A DNA stretch of 64,000 bases, taken from Coriobacteriaceae bacterium (GTDB taxonomy: Bacteria > Bacillota > Clostridia > Oscillospirales > CAG-272). The position numbers and the translations under genes are program-made. The notes under the pieces are model-generated. The model was not told the origin of the DNA. It saw only the letters and a list, made by a program, of their open reading frames with translations, and did no database searches. The stretch spans positions 3,006 through 67,005 of the forward strand of contig CAVEOF010000001.1 of NCBI GenBank assembly GCA_963617165.1. The letters are read 5' to 3'. Below, piece by piece: positions 43,773 to 53,019 of the stretch (its first letter is position 1; each line of letters begins with the position of its first letter).

Positions 43773-46700
43773 ATGACTAAGAGAAAATTCAGAGTGCAGT
43801 GGGTGGCAATTCTTTGCCTTGTCGCACTGCTCGTCGGTGCGCTCTCCGTGTTCCTGTTCCGGAATCCGGTGACCGCCGCCGATCTCTCGGGAAAAGGGAT
43901 CCGTGAGGATTTCTCGGGATTTACCGAGGGGTATCTTTACCGAAGGACAGCCGAGGATTACGCTTCTACGTCCGAGCTGGGTCTCTGGAAGGATTTTCCG
44001 TCACCCGACAATAAAAACCAGTTGTGGAAAGCAGTGCTCTATAACGGTAATAACGACGCCGCTAAGGGGAAAAAAGTTCCGAAGTCCTTCAGCGTAGAGA
44101 CCGTAGAGGGCAATGTCGGCGGGAAGGCATTGAAGATGGTTACCTCTTATCTGTCACCCGGCATCGAATCGAGAGCCGAAAACTCGTGTCGCTTCGAAAT
44201 GACCGTTAATTCGAAGATCACCGAGGGGATGACGGTTCATCTTCATTACCGCTTCATGGTGCCGAACGAAACGTCTTACATTGATTTGTATGAAAAAATG
44301 GGGAACGGTTTTCCGGGTGCACATGTTTCCATCCGAGGCACCACGATGACAATAGCCAAGACGACGACGCGAACGCTGGTTCCGGGGCACTGGTACGATG
44401 TCGTATTCAGTGCGGAATACGGAGCGAAGCAAGCGACCGTACAAATCGACGGCGAGAGCTTTACGATGACCAACTCTCAGATTGCCTACACTACCGTCGA
44501 ATATCCGATTTTCCAAGTATATCCCTCTCAGCTGAAGGATTGCGACAGCATCCTTTATCTCGATGATCTTTCGCTTTTCGAGAAGGCGGGAAGCTACTCG
44601 ATCCTGAACGACCGTATGGAGGTCGCCTCCTCCGACTATCCGCTCACCGAAAGCGCTCTGACCGTCATTCGCGGGACGACAGTGAGCGAGATCCGAGAGA
44701 GCATCTCGATGGCTTACGACGTTACGATGAAGATCAAGGACGGCGAAAACGAACTCTCCGACGGCGCGCAGGTCGCGAGCGGAAACAAGCTCGTCTTCAC
44801 AACGGCGGACGGCGGTTATACCGTGTCGGTACCGATCACCGCAATTGAAGATCATCCCGCGGATAAGGACGCGTCCGACACCTTCAATAACAGCTCCTTC
44901 CGCATCGGAAAGGATTCCGCGGTAGACGGCAGCATTTACAAGGGCTCCGCGACGAACCTTCTCGACGGCGTTTCCGCATCGAGCGTCCTCGGCGACGGGG
45001 ATTCCCTTTCCGTCGCGCGCGCCCCCTTCAAGCGGTCGGGCGACAACGGACTGATCTTCCGCTCCGACAAGACCGGCGCGAGCGCGAACATGACGGCGCT
45101 TCGTTCCGCATCTCTTCCCTACACGGCGGGCTACGGTCACATTCTCGAGTTTGACGTGATCGCGACGGGCGAGGGCGGTGTGCTCACCGTCGCCCGTACC
45201 GCGACCTCCGACACGATAGCGATCGCCCCCGACGGCATCACTTTCGGCGGCAAGACGGCGACGATCTCGATCAACCGTTACTACCGCATCACGTGGGAGA
45301 TCACTGCGGGCGGTGTGCAGAACGTGTACGTTGACGGCGTGCTCCTCGCCTCGAAGAGCGGCTCGGCAAGCGCGAGCGGGAGCGGAATCTCCTTCACTAT
45401 GACGAAGGACACGGCAGTGAATGCGGAATTTGCCGTCGACAACCTTTATTCTTACATTCAAGCATCCGAAGCCGCGCCGACGGCAGACACCTCCTATCCG
45501 CGCTCCGACGTGATAAGTGTGACGGAAGCATCCCGCACCTTCTACATACAGGGTGCCAATTTCGACGTGAAGTATCTCATCGGAACCTTTGAGCAGGACG
45601 ATGTCGCCCTTTACGATAAGGACGGAAACGAGCTGACGAAGGGCAACTTCGACCGCGAGACGGGCTATCTCGTCTATTATCCGAAGAACAACGGAACGGT
45701 GAAAATCTACACGCTCGGCAATCCCTCCTTCTCCTTCTCTTCGATCTATGCCGACGGCATGGTGCTTCAGAGAAACAAGACCATCACTCTCTGCGGCTTC
45801 GCGGATGCGTCGGGCATCGAGGCAACGGCGACCCTGACCGACAAGGACGGCGTGCTCCTTGCCATCAATCAGACAGAGACCGTGGCGGGTCAGTTCGAGA
45901 TCACGCTTCCCCCGATGGCGGCGGCGAAAGGACTTTCGCTCAACATCCGCATCGCGAGCGGCAGGGAAGTCTTCTACGACAAGACCTTTACCGACGTTGC
46001 GATCGGTGAGGTGTGGATCCTCTCGGGTCAGTCGAACATGGCGTTCGAGGCAAAGGACATGGAGGATGCCGCACAGTATCTCGCAAACGCCGACAACTAC
46101 GGCGACAACATCCGCTACTACACGCAGTCGAGGATCGGTTCCTTCACGCCCGCGACCGACACGCAGGGCGGCGGCTGGTACGTGGCTTCGGCAGAGAACC
46201 TCAAGACACACGCGATCTCGGGTATCGGCTACGTGATGGCGACCCGCCTTGCCGAGCAGTTCGGCGACGACGTCCCCGTCGCGATCGTCAATGCCTACTA
46301 CGCGGGCTCCTCCATTGTCGCATGGTTCGACCTCGACACCATTCAGACAAAGTACGAGAGCCTCTATCAGTCCTACCTCACCGCAAAGGCGGCGGGAACG
46401 CCCTCGAGCTGGAACACGATCCCCTCCGTATGCTACAATCAGCTTGTCCATCCGATCAAGGGCTATACGGCAAGCGGTCTCCTCTGGTATCAGGGTGAGT
46501 CCGACTGCGGACGTCCCGACCTCTACGGTGACTACTACAAGACGCTGACCTCTCTTTGGAGAGAATGGCTGCACAACGACGAGCTCCCGTTCGTGGTGAT
46601 GCAGCTCGCGCCCTACGAGAGCACAAGCTATCCCGCATTCCGTAACCTTCAATATAATATGGTACAGAGCGACCCGTACTCCTACCTCATCTCCACGATG

Positions 46701-47312
46701 GACGACGGTCCCGTCTTCAACGCGGCGGATAACCGCAACGGCTACGGTTACTCGCACGTTCATCCCGCGAAGAAGTCGGGCATCGGTCTCCGCACCGCGG
46801 ACATGATCCTCGGCGCGATCTACGGCATCGATCTCGGCAGAGCGTACAAGGCACCCGAGGTAGTTTCCGTCAAACGGGACGGTGAGAAAGTGATCCTCAC
46901 CTTCGATACCGAGCTGACTCTCCTTTACGGCGACATTGTCACGGGTTTCACGCTTGACGGCGTGGCGGCAGTCGGCACGATCGACGGCAAGACGCTGACC
47001 CTTACGGCGGCGGGCGTCACCGAGCCGAAGACGGTCGCCTACGCGCAGGACACCCTTACGGTCGTGATGAAGGACGGCACGGTGTATCACAATGTGACGA
47101 ACGTCCATGTCGGAAACGACGCGGACTCGAGCAAGACGTATAACGACCGCTCCTACACCACCTTCGACGCGATCGATACAACCGGTGAAAAAGTGAACGT
47201 AAAAGTCCGCGCCGGCTCTTATGATGTGATCCGCTCCACCTACGGCGGCAATCTGACCAACGAATCGGGCTATGCCCTTCCCGCGTTCTCTCTCACCGTG
47301 AGCGCCGAATGA
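43773..47312 (+). CDS. membrane-anchored extracellular multidomain carbohydrate esterase (two LamG/ConA-like modules + SASA-type sialate O-acetylesterase-like domain)
   Basis: 1179 aa with an N-terminal signal-anchor VAILCLVALLVGALSVFLF. The C-terminal half has GEVWILSGQSNMAFEA and LLWYQGESD (SGNH/SASA-like). AGGAGG lies 5 nt upstream. Confidence 0.7.
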   Translation: MTKRKFRVQWVAILCLVALLVGALSVFLFRNPVTAADLSGKGIREDFSGFTEGYLYRRTAEDYASTSELGLWKDFPSPDNKNQLWKAVLYNGNNDAAKGKKVPKSFSVETVEGNVGGKALKMVTSYLSPGIESRAENSCRFEMTVNSKITEGMTVHLHYRFMVPNETSYIDLYEKMGNGFPGAHVSIRGTTMTIAKTTTRTLVPGHWYDVVFSAEYGAKQATVQIDGESFTMTNSQIAYTTVEYPIFQVYPSQLKDCDSILYLDDLSLFEKAGSYSILNDRMEVASSDYPLTESALTVIRGTTVSEIRESISMAYDVTMKIKDGENELSDGAQVASGNKLVFTTADGGYTVSVPITAIEDHPADKDASDTFNNSSFRIGKDSAVDGSIYKGSATNLLDGVSASSVLGDGDSLSVARAPFKRSGDNGLIFRSDKTGASANMTALRSASLPYTAGYGHILEFDVIATGEGGVLTVARTATSDTIAIAPDGITFGGKTATISINRYYRITWEITAGGVQNVYVDGVLLASKSGSASASGSGISFTMTKDTAVNAEFAVDNLYSYIQASEAAPTADTSYPRSDVISVTEASRTFYIQGANFDVKYLIGTFEQDDVALYDKDGNELTKGNFDRETGYLVYYPKNNGTVKIYTLGNPSFSFSSIYADGMVLQRNKTITLCGFADASGIEATATLTDKDGVLLAINQTETVAGQFEITLPPMAAAKGLSLNIRIASGREVFYDKTFTDVAIGEVWILSGQSNMAFEAKDMEDAAQYLANADNYGDNIRYYTQSRIGSFTPATDTQGGGWYVASAENLKTHAISGIGYVMATRLAEQFGDDVPVAIVNAYYAGSSIVAWFDLDTIQTKYESLYQSYLTAKAAGTPSSWNTIPSVCYNQLVHPIKGYTASGLLWYQGESDCGRPDLYGDYYKTLTSLWREWLHNDELPFVVMQLAPYESTSYPAFRNLQYNMVQSDPYSYLISTMDDGPVFNAADNRNGYGYSHVHPAKKSGIGLRTADMILGAIYGIDLGRAYKAPEVVSVKRDGEKVILTFDTELTLLYGDIVTGFTLDGVAAVGTIDGKTLTLTAAGVTEPKTVAYAQDTLTVVMKDGTVYHNVTNVHVGNDADSSKTYNDRSYTTFDAIDTTGEKVNVKVRAGSYDVIRSTYGGNLTNESGYALPAFSLTVSAE

Positions 47313-47331
47313 TGAAAGGAGACAAAACAAC

Positions 47332-49443
47332 ATGAAAAAGATTCTTCACATTCTTCTTCCCCTTCTTCTGCTCACGCTTTGCGTCGCGCTGTTCGCCGCC
47401 TGCTCTCCCACGGGAGACGGTGGCAACACGCCGACGGAGAAGACCAAGATCGAAGGGATTACCTTCCCCGATGCCACCTACAACTACGACGGCAAGACCT
47501 ATCGCTCCCTCGCCATTGTCGGTGAGCTCCCCGAGGGTGTGAGCGTCACCTACTCGGGCAACGACGTGATGGAATACGGAATCCACACGGTGTGGGCGGT
47601 ATTTCATGCCGCCGAAGGCTATGAAGACAAATACGAGCTTCCCGAGCCGATGTCGGCAACGCTGACCATCCGCTACGTCGATCTGCGTGAGGTCATCAAG
47701 AACATCGCCTTCCCCGATCAAAGCTACTATTACGACGGCGAAGAAAAGTTCATAGAAATCGACGGTATTCTTCCCGATGGTGTCCACGCAAACTATGCGG
47801 GCAACAGCAAGATCGATGCGGGCGAATACAGCGTGTCCGTGACCTTTACCTATGACGAGGGCTACGAAAAGATTTACCAAGAGCTTCCCGCCATGACGGC
47901 AAAATTGACGATCCTGCCCGCCTCCTACGACCTGTCCGCCGTTACCTTTGAGGACACGACCGAGGAATACGACGGTCTTTGCAAGGTGATCCGACTGAAA
48001 GGCGAGCTTTCCGACAGTCTGAAGATCTTCTACTCCTACGTCGGCGAGGACGGCATCGTTCATTTCGACCACGACGACGACGGAAACCCGATCGAAAACT
48101 TCGGTCCGACCGAGCTCGGCACGTATACCTTCACCGTGACCTTTGAGAGCGACGATCCCAACTACGGCGCTCCCGCTCCGCGCAGTGCGATCCTCGAGAT
48201 TGTGCCCGAGGCGGCGCAGGTGACCTTCGTCGAGGACGGCTTCGAGGATGTTGCGGTCCGCATCTCGAAGGGCTCGCCCTTCCCCGCAAGCAAGCTCCCC
48301 TCGCCCCGCTCCGAGCAGTGTGGCTACGCCTTCACATGGGAAAGCTTCGACATGTCGGCGATCACCGAGGACATCACCGTCCGCGTAGTGAAAACGCCGA
48401 TCCGTTATCGTCTGACCTTCCGTGCCGACACGGGTCTGACGCTTCCCGAGGGGCTTCCTACGGAATACACCGTAGAGGACCTTCCCCTGCGTCTTCTGAC
48501 CGTGGAGAGCGCTTCCACGCCTTATGCATGGCAGATTCAAGGCTCCGAAATGCTTCCGATCTCGTCGATCCCCGAGGGGACCTACGGTGACCTCACCCTG
48601 ATCGCTGTCGCCTCCTCCGCGACCACGGGTTTTCTCTACGAAGTGACCGACGACGGCGTGATCATTAAGGGATATGAGGGTACCTCCTCCTACCTCTTCC
48701 TGCCCGAGACCTACGACGAAAAGCCGATCATCTCCATCGCGAGCGGTGCGTTCGAAGGACTCCCGATCCGTTATATCCGCCTTTCGAAGACGATCCGGAA
48801 CATCGGCAACAACGCGTTCCGCGGTTGCACGGAGCTTGACGCGATCGACCTGCCGAGCGAGCTTTCCAACATCGGAAACGGCGCGTTCAGCGGTTGCACC
48901 GCACTGACGGAGCTCACCCTTCCCGATTCTCTTAAGACCATCGGGCGCGGGATCCTCGAGGGAACAAACCTCGTTTCGATCAAGGTTCCGTTCATCGGCA
49001 GCGGTGCAAACGGCATCATCTCGAACGCATACTTCGGCTACCTCTTCGGCGCTCTGAACCCCGTACAGAATAACCTGTACGTTCCCGAGTCGTTGAAGAC
49101 GGTCACGATCTCGAAGTATTGCACCCGCATCGAGGCGGACGCGTTCGCAGGGCTTACCTCCCTCGAGCGTGTGGTGATGGAATCCGAAGGTTCGCTCGGC
49201 GTGCGCACGATCTCGAACGAGGCGTTCCGCGGCTGTACCGCCTTGAAGGCGGTAGAGATCGCGGCGACGGTCGTCTCCATCCCCGCAAATACCGAGCCGT
49301 CGAATTCTCCCTTCTACGGCTGCTCCGAGGAGCTGACGCTGACCTTCCATCGCGACAAAGCGACGGCAGAAGCGATCTTCGGTCAGTATTTTGCCACCGT
49401 TGCCGAAGGCAAGACGGCGAAGGTCGTTTACCTTCTCGGATAA
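47332..49443 (+). CDS. lipoprotein with repeated YDG-containing beta modules and a C-terminal BspA-type leucine-rich repeat domain
   Basis: Lipobox LFAAC at residues about 20-24. The YDG motif recurs (NYDGKTY, YYDGEEK, EYDGLCK). LRR_5-like repeats read IGNNAFRGCTELDAIDLPSELSNIGNGAFSGCTALTELTLP. Confidence 0.7.
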   Translation: MKKILHILLPLLLLTLCVALFAACSPTGDGGNTPTEKTKIEGITFPDATYNYDGKTYRSLAIVGELPEGVSVTYSGNDVMEYGIHTVWAVFHAAEGYEDKYELPEPMSATLTIRYVDLREVIKNIAFPDQSYYYDGEEKFIEIDGILPDGVHANYAGNSKIDAGEYSVSVTFTYDEGYEKIYQELPAMTAKLTILPASYDLSAVTFEDTTEEYDGLCKVIRLKGELSDSLKIFYSYVGEDGIVHFDHDDDGNPIENFGPTELGTYTFTVTFESDDPNYGAPAPRSAILEIVPEAAQVTFVEDGFEDVAVRISKGSPFPASKLPSPRSEQCGYAFTWESFDMSAITEDITVRVVKTPIRYRLTFRADTGLTLPEGLPTEYTVEDLPLRLLTVESASTPYAWQIQGSEMLPISSIPEGTYGDLTLIAVASSATTGFLYEVTDDGVIIKGYEGTSSYLFLPETYDEKPIISIASGAFEGLPIRYIRLSKTIRNIGNNAFRGCTELDAIDLPSELSNIGNGAFSGCTALTELTLPDSLKTIGRGILEGTNLVSIKVPFIGSGANGIISNAYFGYLFGALNPVQNNLYVPESLKTVTISKYCTRIEADAFAGLTSLERVVMESEGSLGVRTISNEAFRGCTALKAVEIAATVVSIPANTEPSNSPFYGCSEELTLTFHRDKATAEAIFGQYFATVAEGKTAKVVYLLG

Positions 49444-49464
49444 CTTCCGAAGCTCTCATAAAAA

Positions 49465-49496
49465 ACGCTCACCCGAGCTCGGGTGGGCGTTTTTTC
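49465..49496 (+). terminator. intrinsic terminator of the surface-protein operon
   Basis: ACGCTCACCC-GAGCTC-GGGTGGGCGT followed by TTTTT. Confidence 0.8.
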
Positions 49497-49850
49497 GTGG
49501 AGTGTATGAAGGGCTGCAAAGCGATCGGGCACCGTTTATAAAGCACGGGAACCTGTCTCTTGCATCGAAATCGGCAGGGCTCTGCTTGCCACATGGAAGT
49601 CCCGCGTCTTTCGAAAGTGAGTGCGGCTCCTCTTAGCGAAGGCACACGACCTCACTTGCGCGAGAACGACAAGGCTTTGTATGTCGCACGGAAAGCACAG
49701 CGCTTCAAGATCGGGTGCGGCTCCTTTTTGGTGAAAACGGCACGGCTCCCCGTCGCGAAAGCGAGCAATTTTTCGCTTACCGAAAGCGGGCGAAACCTCG
49801 TCTGTTGCACCGAAAACGGCTTTTTTCCACCCTTGCGATCGACAAAGAAC

Positions 49851-49890
49851 GAAAAAGAAACGGGATGCCATGCGTGCGGCATCCCTTTTC
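49851..49890. terminator. bidirectional terminator downstream of the 76-aa gene
   Basis: GGGATGCC-atgcgtgc-GGCATCCC, flanked by GAAAAAGAAA and TTTTCTTT. Confidence 0.65.
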
Positions 49891-49898
49891 TTTCGGAT

Positions 49899-50129
49899 TC
49901 AGTTTTCCGAAGCCCACTTTTCTGCGGTGGCTTTCGACATTCTCTTGATATCCTCTTTCGGATATTTCGAGCTCTCGCCGCCGTTGGTATAGAGGAAGTA
50001 CGCGCCGTCCTCGGTGCGGTACAGCGTCTCTTCGTAGCCTTCGGCATCTCCGAACGCGCCGCTTGTCACCTTCTTGACGACCTCCGACGTTTCGGTGTCA
50101 TAGAGCTTTTTGCAGATCATCTTTTTCAT
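49899..50129 (-). CDS. small hypothetical protein (76 aa)
   Basis: MKKMICKKLYDTETSEVVKKVTSGAFGDAEGYEETLYRTEDGAYFLYTNGGESSKYPKEDIKRMSKATAEKWASEN. AAAGGAGG lies 8 nt upstream and the gene has its own promoter and terminator. Confidence 0.6.
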   Translation of the reverse strand: MKKMICKKLYDTETSEVVKKVTSGAFGDAEGYEETLYRTEDGAYFLYTNGGESSKYPKEDIKRMSKATAEKWASEN

Positions 50130-50195
50130 GGGAATTCCTCCTTTTTCTTTTTGCCGTTTCCGCGTGGCGGTGTCGGCAGTTTGTTTTCTATCCAT

Positions 50196-50224
50196 AGTAT
50201 ACCACCCGAAGGAAAAAAATGCAA
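50196..50224 (-). promoter_or_regulatory. candidate promoter of the 76-aa gene (TTGCAT-17-TATACT with TGn)
   Basis: Reverse complement reads cccTTGCATttttttccttcgggTGgTATACTatgg. Confidence 0.55.
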
Positions 50225-50301
50225 GGGCTTACAATTTTTTTTACAATCGGGGAAATTCGACAGTTTGGGTCTCGTTCAACGCGCCGCATGGCGATGTCGT
50301 T

Positions 50302-51015
50302 CTACGACTTCTTGCTTTTCAGGCGGCGGTCAAGGTGCTTTGCGAGGCGGGTGCCGCAGAATTGGAGCACGCCGACAATGACGACGAGGACGATGACGGC
50401 AAGGAGCATGGTAAGATACTTATAGCGATAATAGCCGTAATTGATGGCGATGTTGCCGAGTCCGCCGCCGCCGATGATGCCGCTCATCGCGGAATAGCCG
50501 AGAACGGTGGTGACGGCGATGGTGAAATTCGAAACAAGAGACGGCAGGGATTCGGGGATCATGACCTTTCCGATGATCTGCATCGGGGTCGCGCCCATGC
50601 TTTCCGCCGCCTCAATGAGGTTGGGGTCGAGCTCGCGGAGGCTCCCCTCCACGAGGCGCGCGACAAAGGGAAACGCCGCGACCGCGAGGGGGACGATAGT
50701 CGCCGTCGTGCCGACCGTCGTACCGACGAGCAGACGGGAGAGCGGGAAGACCATAATCATGAGAATCAGAAACGGAACCGAGCGCAAAAGGTCGATGATG
50801 CCGTTCAGAAGACGGTAGAGCCACGCGGGCAGGGGGAGCACGCCGTTTTTATCCCCCGCGACAAGCAAAATGCCGAGGGGTAAGCCGATCAGCACCGCGA
50901 TCGCGGTCGAGAGAAGGGTCATGAGAAGCGTCTCGAGGATGGCGGTCGGAAATTCCGTGCGGATCACGCGCCACGCGATCTCCCACGCTTCGGGGGAAAA
51001 TAGCTTTTCATTCAT
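50302..51015 (-). CDS. metI: methionine ABC transporter permease
   Basis: MetI-like permease (…IGLPLGILLVAGDKNG…, EAAESMGATPMQII). ATG at 51013-51015 overlaps the end of metN. Confidence 0.85.
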   Translation of the reverse strand: MNEKLFSPEAWEIAWRVIRTEFPTAILETLLMTLLSTAIAVLIGLPLGILLVAGDKNGVLPLPAWLYRLLNGIIDLLRSVPFLILMIMVFPLSRLLVGTTVGTTATIVPLAVAAFPFVARLVEGSLRELDPNLIEAAESMGATPMQIIGKVMIPESLPSLVSNFTIAVTTVLGYSAMSGIIGGGGLGNIAINYGYYRYKYLTMLLAVIVLVVIVGVLQFCGTRLAKHLDRRLKSKKS

Positions 51016-52030
51016 GTTTTGCGTCCTCCTCCGAAAGCACTTCATACACAACGCCGTCGGTATGCGAAAGATAATCCACCGCGTCGGCAAATTCCTGCCC
51101 TTCCCGCGAAATGCCGAGCAGCATGGTACCGTAGATCTTCCCGTCGAGAAGTCTCGTCGAGGCGGCAAGAATATTGGCTCTGACGCCCCGCTCGATCGCC
51201 ATCGTGGCAATTAGGGGAGAGCCCGTCGCCTCCGCCCCGCAGAAGCGGACGCGGATGCGCTTTTCCTTTTCGGTTCCCGAGACGAGCTCGTCCGCGCCGT
51301 TCGGGAAAACGAGGCGGCGCGCTGCCTCCGATCGCGGCGACGTGAAGACGTCCCCGACCGTTCCCTCCTCCGCGACAACGCCGCCGTCGAGGATCGCCAC
51401 GTGATTGCAGATCTCCTGCACGACGCTCATCTGATGGGTGATGACGATCACGGTGATCCCGAGCTTGCGGTTGATGTCCCGCACGAGGGAAAGGATAGAG
51501 CGCGTCGTGTTCGGGTCGAGGGCGCTCGTCGCCTCGTCGCAGAGCAGAATTTTCGGATTGGTGGCAAGGGCGCGGGCGATGGCGACCCTTTGCTTCTGCC
51601 CGCCCGAAAGCTCGGCGGGATAGGCGTTTTCCTTATCGGGAAGTCCGACAAGGGAGAGAAGCTCTCTCGCCTTCGCCGCGGCTTCCGCCTTCGGCACGCG
51701 GGCAAGCTCGAGAGGGAAAGCGACATTCGCAAGACAATTTCTCTGCATGAGAAGATTGAAATGCTGAAAGATCATGGTGATGCCCCGTCTCGCCGCACGA
51801 AGGTCGGCAGGAGAAAGGCTCCCCATGTCCACGCCGTCGATCCGGACGGAGCCCTCGGTGGGACGTTCGAGCATATTGATCGTGCGGACGAGCGTGCTCT
51901 TCCCCGCGCCGCTCATGCCGATGATGCCGTAAATGTCTCCGTCGCGGATCGTAAGGTTGATGTCCCGCAGGGCATCGACGTGTCCGTCCGCCGTCGGAAA
52001 GGTCTTTGATACGTGTTGTAATTCTATCAC
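51008..52030 (-). CDS. metN: methionine ABC transporter ATP-binding protein
   Basis: GIIGMSGAGKSTL, LSGGQKQRVAIARAL, and a C-terminal NIL-like domain. Confidence 0.9.
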   Translation of the reverse strand: MIELQHVSKTFPTADGHVDALRDINLTIRDGDIYGIIGMSGAGKSTLVRTINMLERPTEGSVRIDGVDMGSLSPADLRAARRGITMIFQHFNLLMQRNCLANVAFPLELARVPKAEAAAKARELLSLVGLPDKENAYPAELSGGQKQRVAIARALATNPKILLCDEATSALDPNTTRSILSLVRDINRKLGITVIVITHQMSVVQEICNHVAILDGGVVAEEGTVGDVFTSPRSEAARRLVFPNGADELVSGTEKEKRIRVRFCGAEATGSPLIATMAIERGVRANILAASTRLLDGKIYGTMLLGISREGQEFADAVDYLSHTDGVVYEVLSEEDAKHE

Positions 52031-52066
52031 GCGGATGTTCTCCGATCCTTCGATTGGGTCAAAATT

Positions 52067-52924
52067 TTACTTCAACCCCTTAATATCGTCAAGTTTTGTG
52101 TACTTTTCCGAATAAATCCCCATGGGTTCCACATGGACGGCGAGCACCGAGACGATGTGTGTTCCGTTCTCGCTGTTGAAGTTTTCGAGATAGGGAAGAT
52201 GTTGGAAATAGTTCGCGTCGATCTCTCCGCTCTCGACGACGTTATTCGGCTGAACATAGTCGGTAAACTCGCGTATGTCGAGCGTGATGTTCTTTTCTCC
52301 CAAGATCTCGGCGGCGACGGCGAGGATCTCGGCGTGCGGTGTGGGAGAAGCGGCGACGGTGATCGTCGTGCCCGAAAGTGCCGCGTAATCGAGGGTCGCG
52401 TCATAGCCGTCCCCCGTCTTCTCGACGACGCCGATCACGGCGCCCGCATAGTGCTCCCCGATATAGGTCTTCACCCGCTCGGAGGAGAGGGCGGCGACGA
52501 GGGCGCGCGTTTTCGCGCTGTTTTCATTCCCTGCCTTGACGGCAAGAATATTGGAATAGGCGGAGTAGGAATTCTCGATGCCGAGCGCGTCCTTCGTGGG
52601 ATCCAGACCCGCGGGGATCGCGTAATTCGAATTGATCACGGCATAATCGACATCGACAAGGGTGCGGGGCAGCTGTGCCGCCTCCATCTCCACGAATTCG
52701 ATGTTATAAGGGTTCTCGATAATATCGCGGGTGGTCGCAAGGAGTCCCGCGTCGGGATCCAGGCGGATCAGCCCCTGCGCCTCCAGAAGCAGGAGGGCGC
52801 GCGCCTCGTTGGTCGCGTCGTTCGGGACGGCGATACGGATCTTTTTCTCCCCGCAGGAGCCGAGTGTCAGGACGGTGCCTACAAGAAGCAGGGTAGCAAA
52901 GAGAACGGAAAGCAGTTTTTTCAT
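52067..52924 (-). CDS. metQ: MetQ/NlpA-family methionine-binding lipoprotein
   Basis: Lipobox LTLGSC, NlpA-like body, first gene of the metQNI order. Confidence 0.85.
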   Translation of the reverse strand: MKKLLSVLFATLLLVGTVLTLGSCGEKKIRIAVPNDATNEARALLLLEAQGLIRLDPDAGLLATTRDIIENPYNIEFVEMEAAQLPRTLVDVDYAVINSNYAIPAGLDPTKDALGIENSYSAYSNILAVKAGNENSAKTRALVAALSSERVKTYIGEHYAGAVIGVVEKTGDGYDATLDYAALSGTTITVAASPTPHAEILAVAAEILGEKNITLDIREFTDYVQPNNVVESGEIDANYFQHLPYLENFNSENGTHIVSVLAVHVEPMGIYSEKYTKLDDIKGLK

Positions 52925-52956
52925 TGTTTTTTACCTCGAATTTCAAAGATGTGGCT

Positions 52957-52985
52957 ATTATACACCCACTTCGGATATTTGTCAA
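52957..52985 (-). promoter_or_regulatory. consensus sigma-A promoter of metQNI (TTGACA-17-TATAAT)
   Basis: Reverse complement reads ggtatTTGACAaatatccgaagtgggtgTATAATagcc. It leaves a leader of only about 25-30 nt. Confidence 0.65.
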
Positions 52986-53019
52986 ATACCGTTTTCATAT
53001 ATCGGGATATAGTTTTTTC

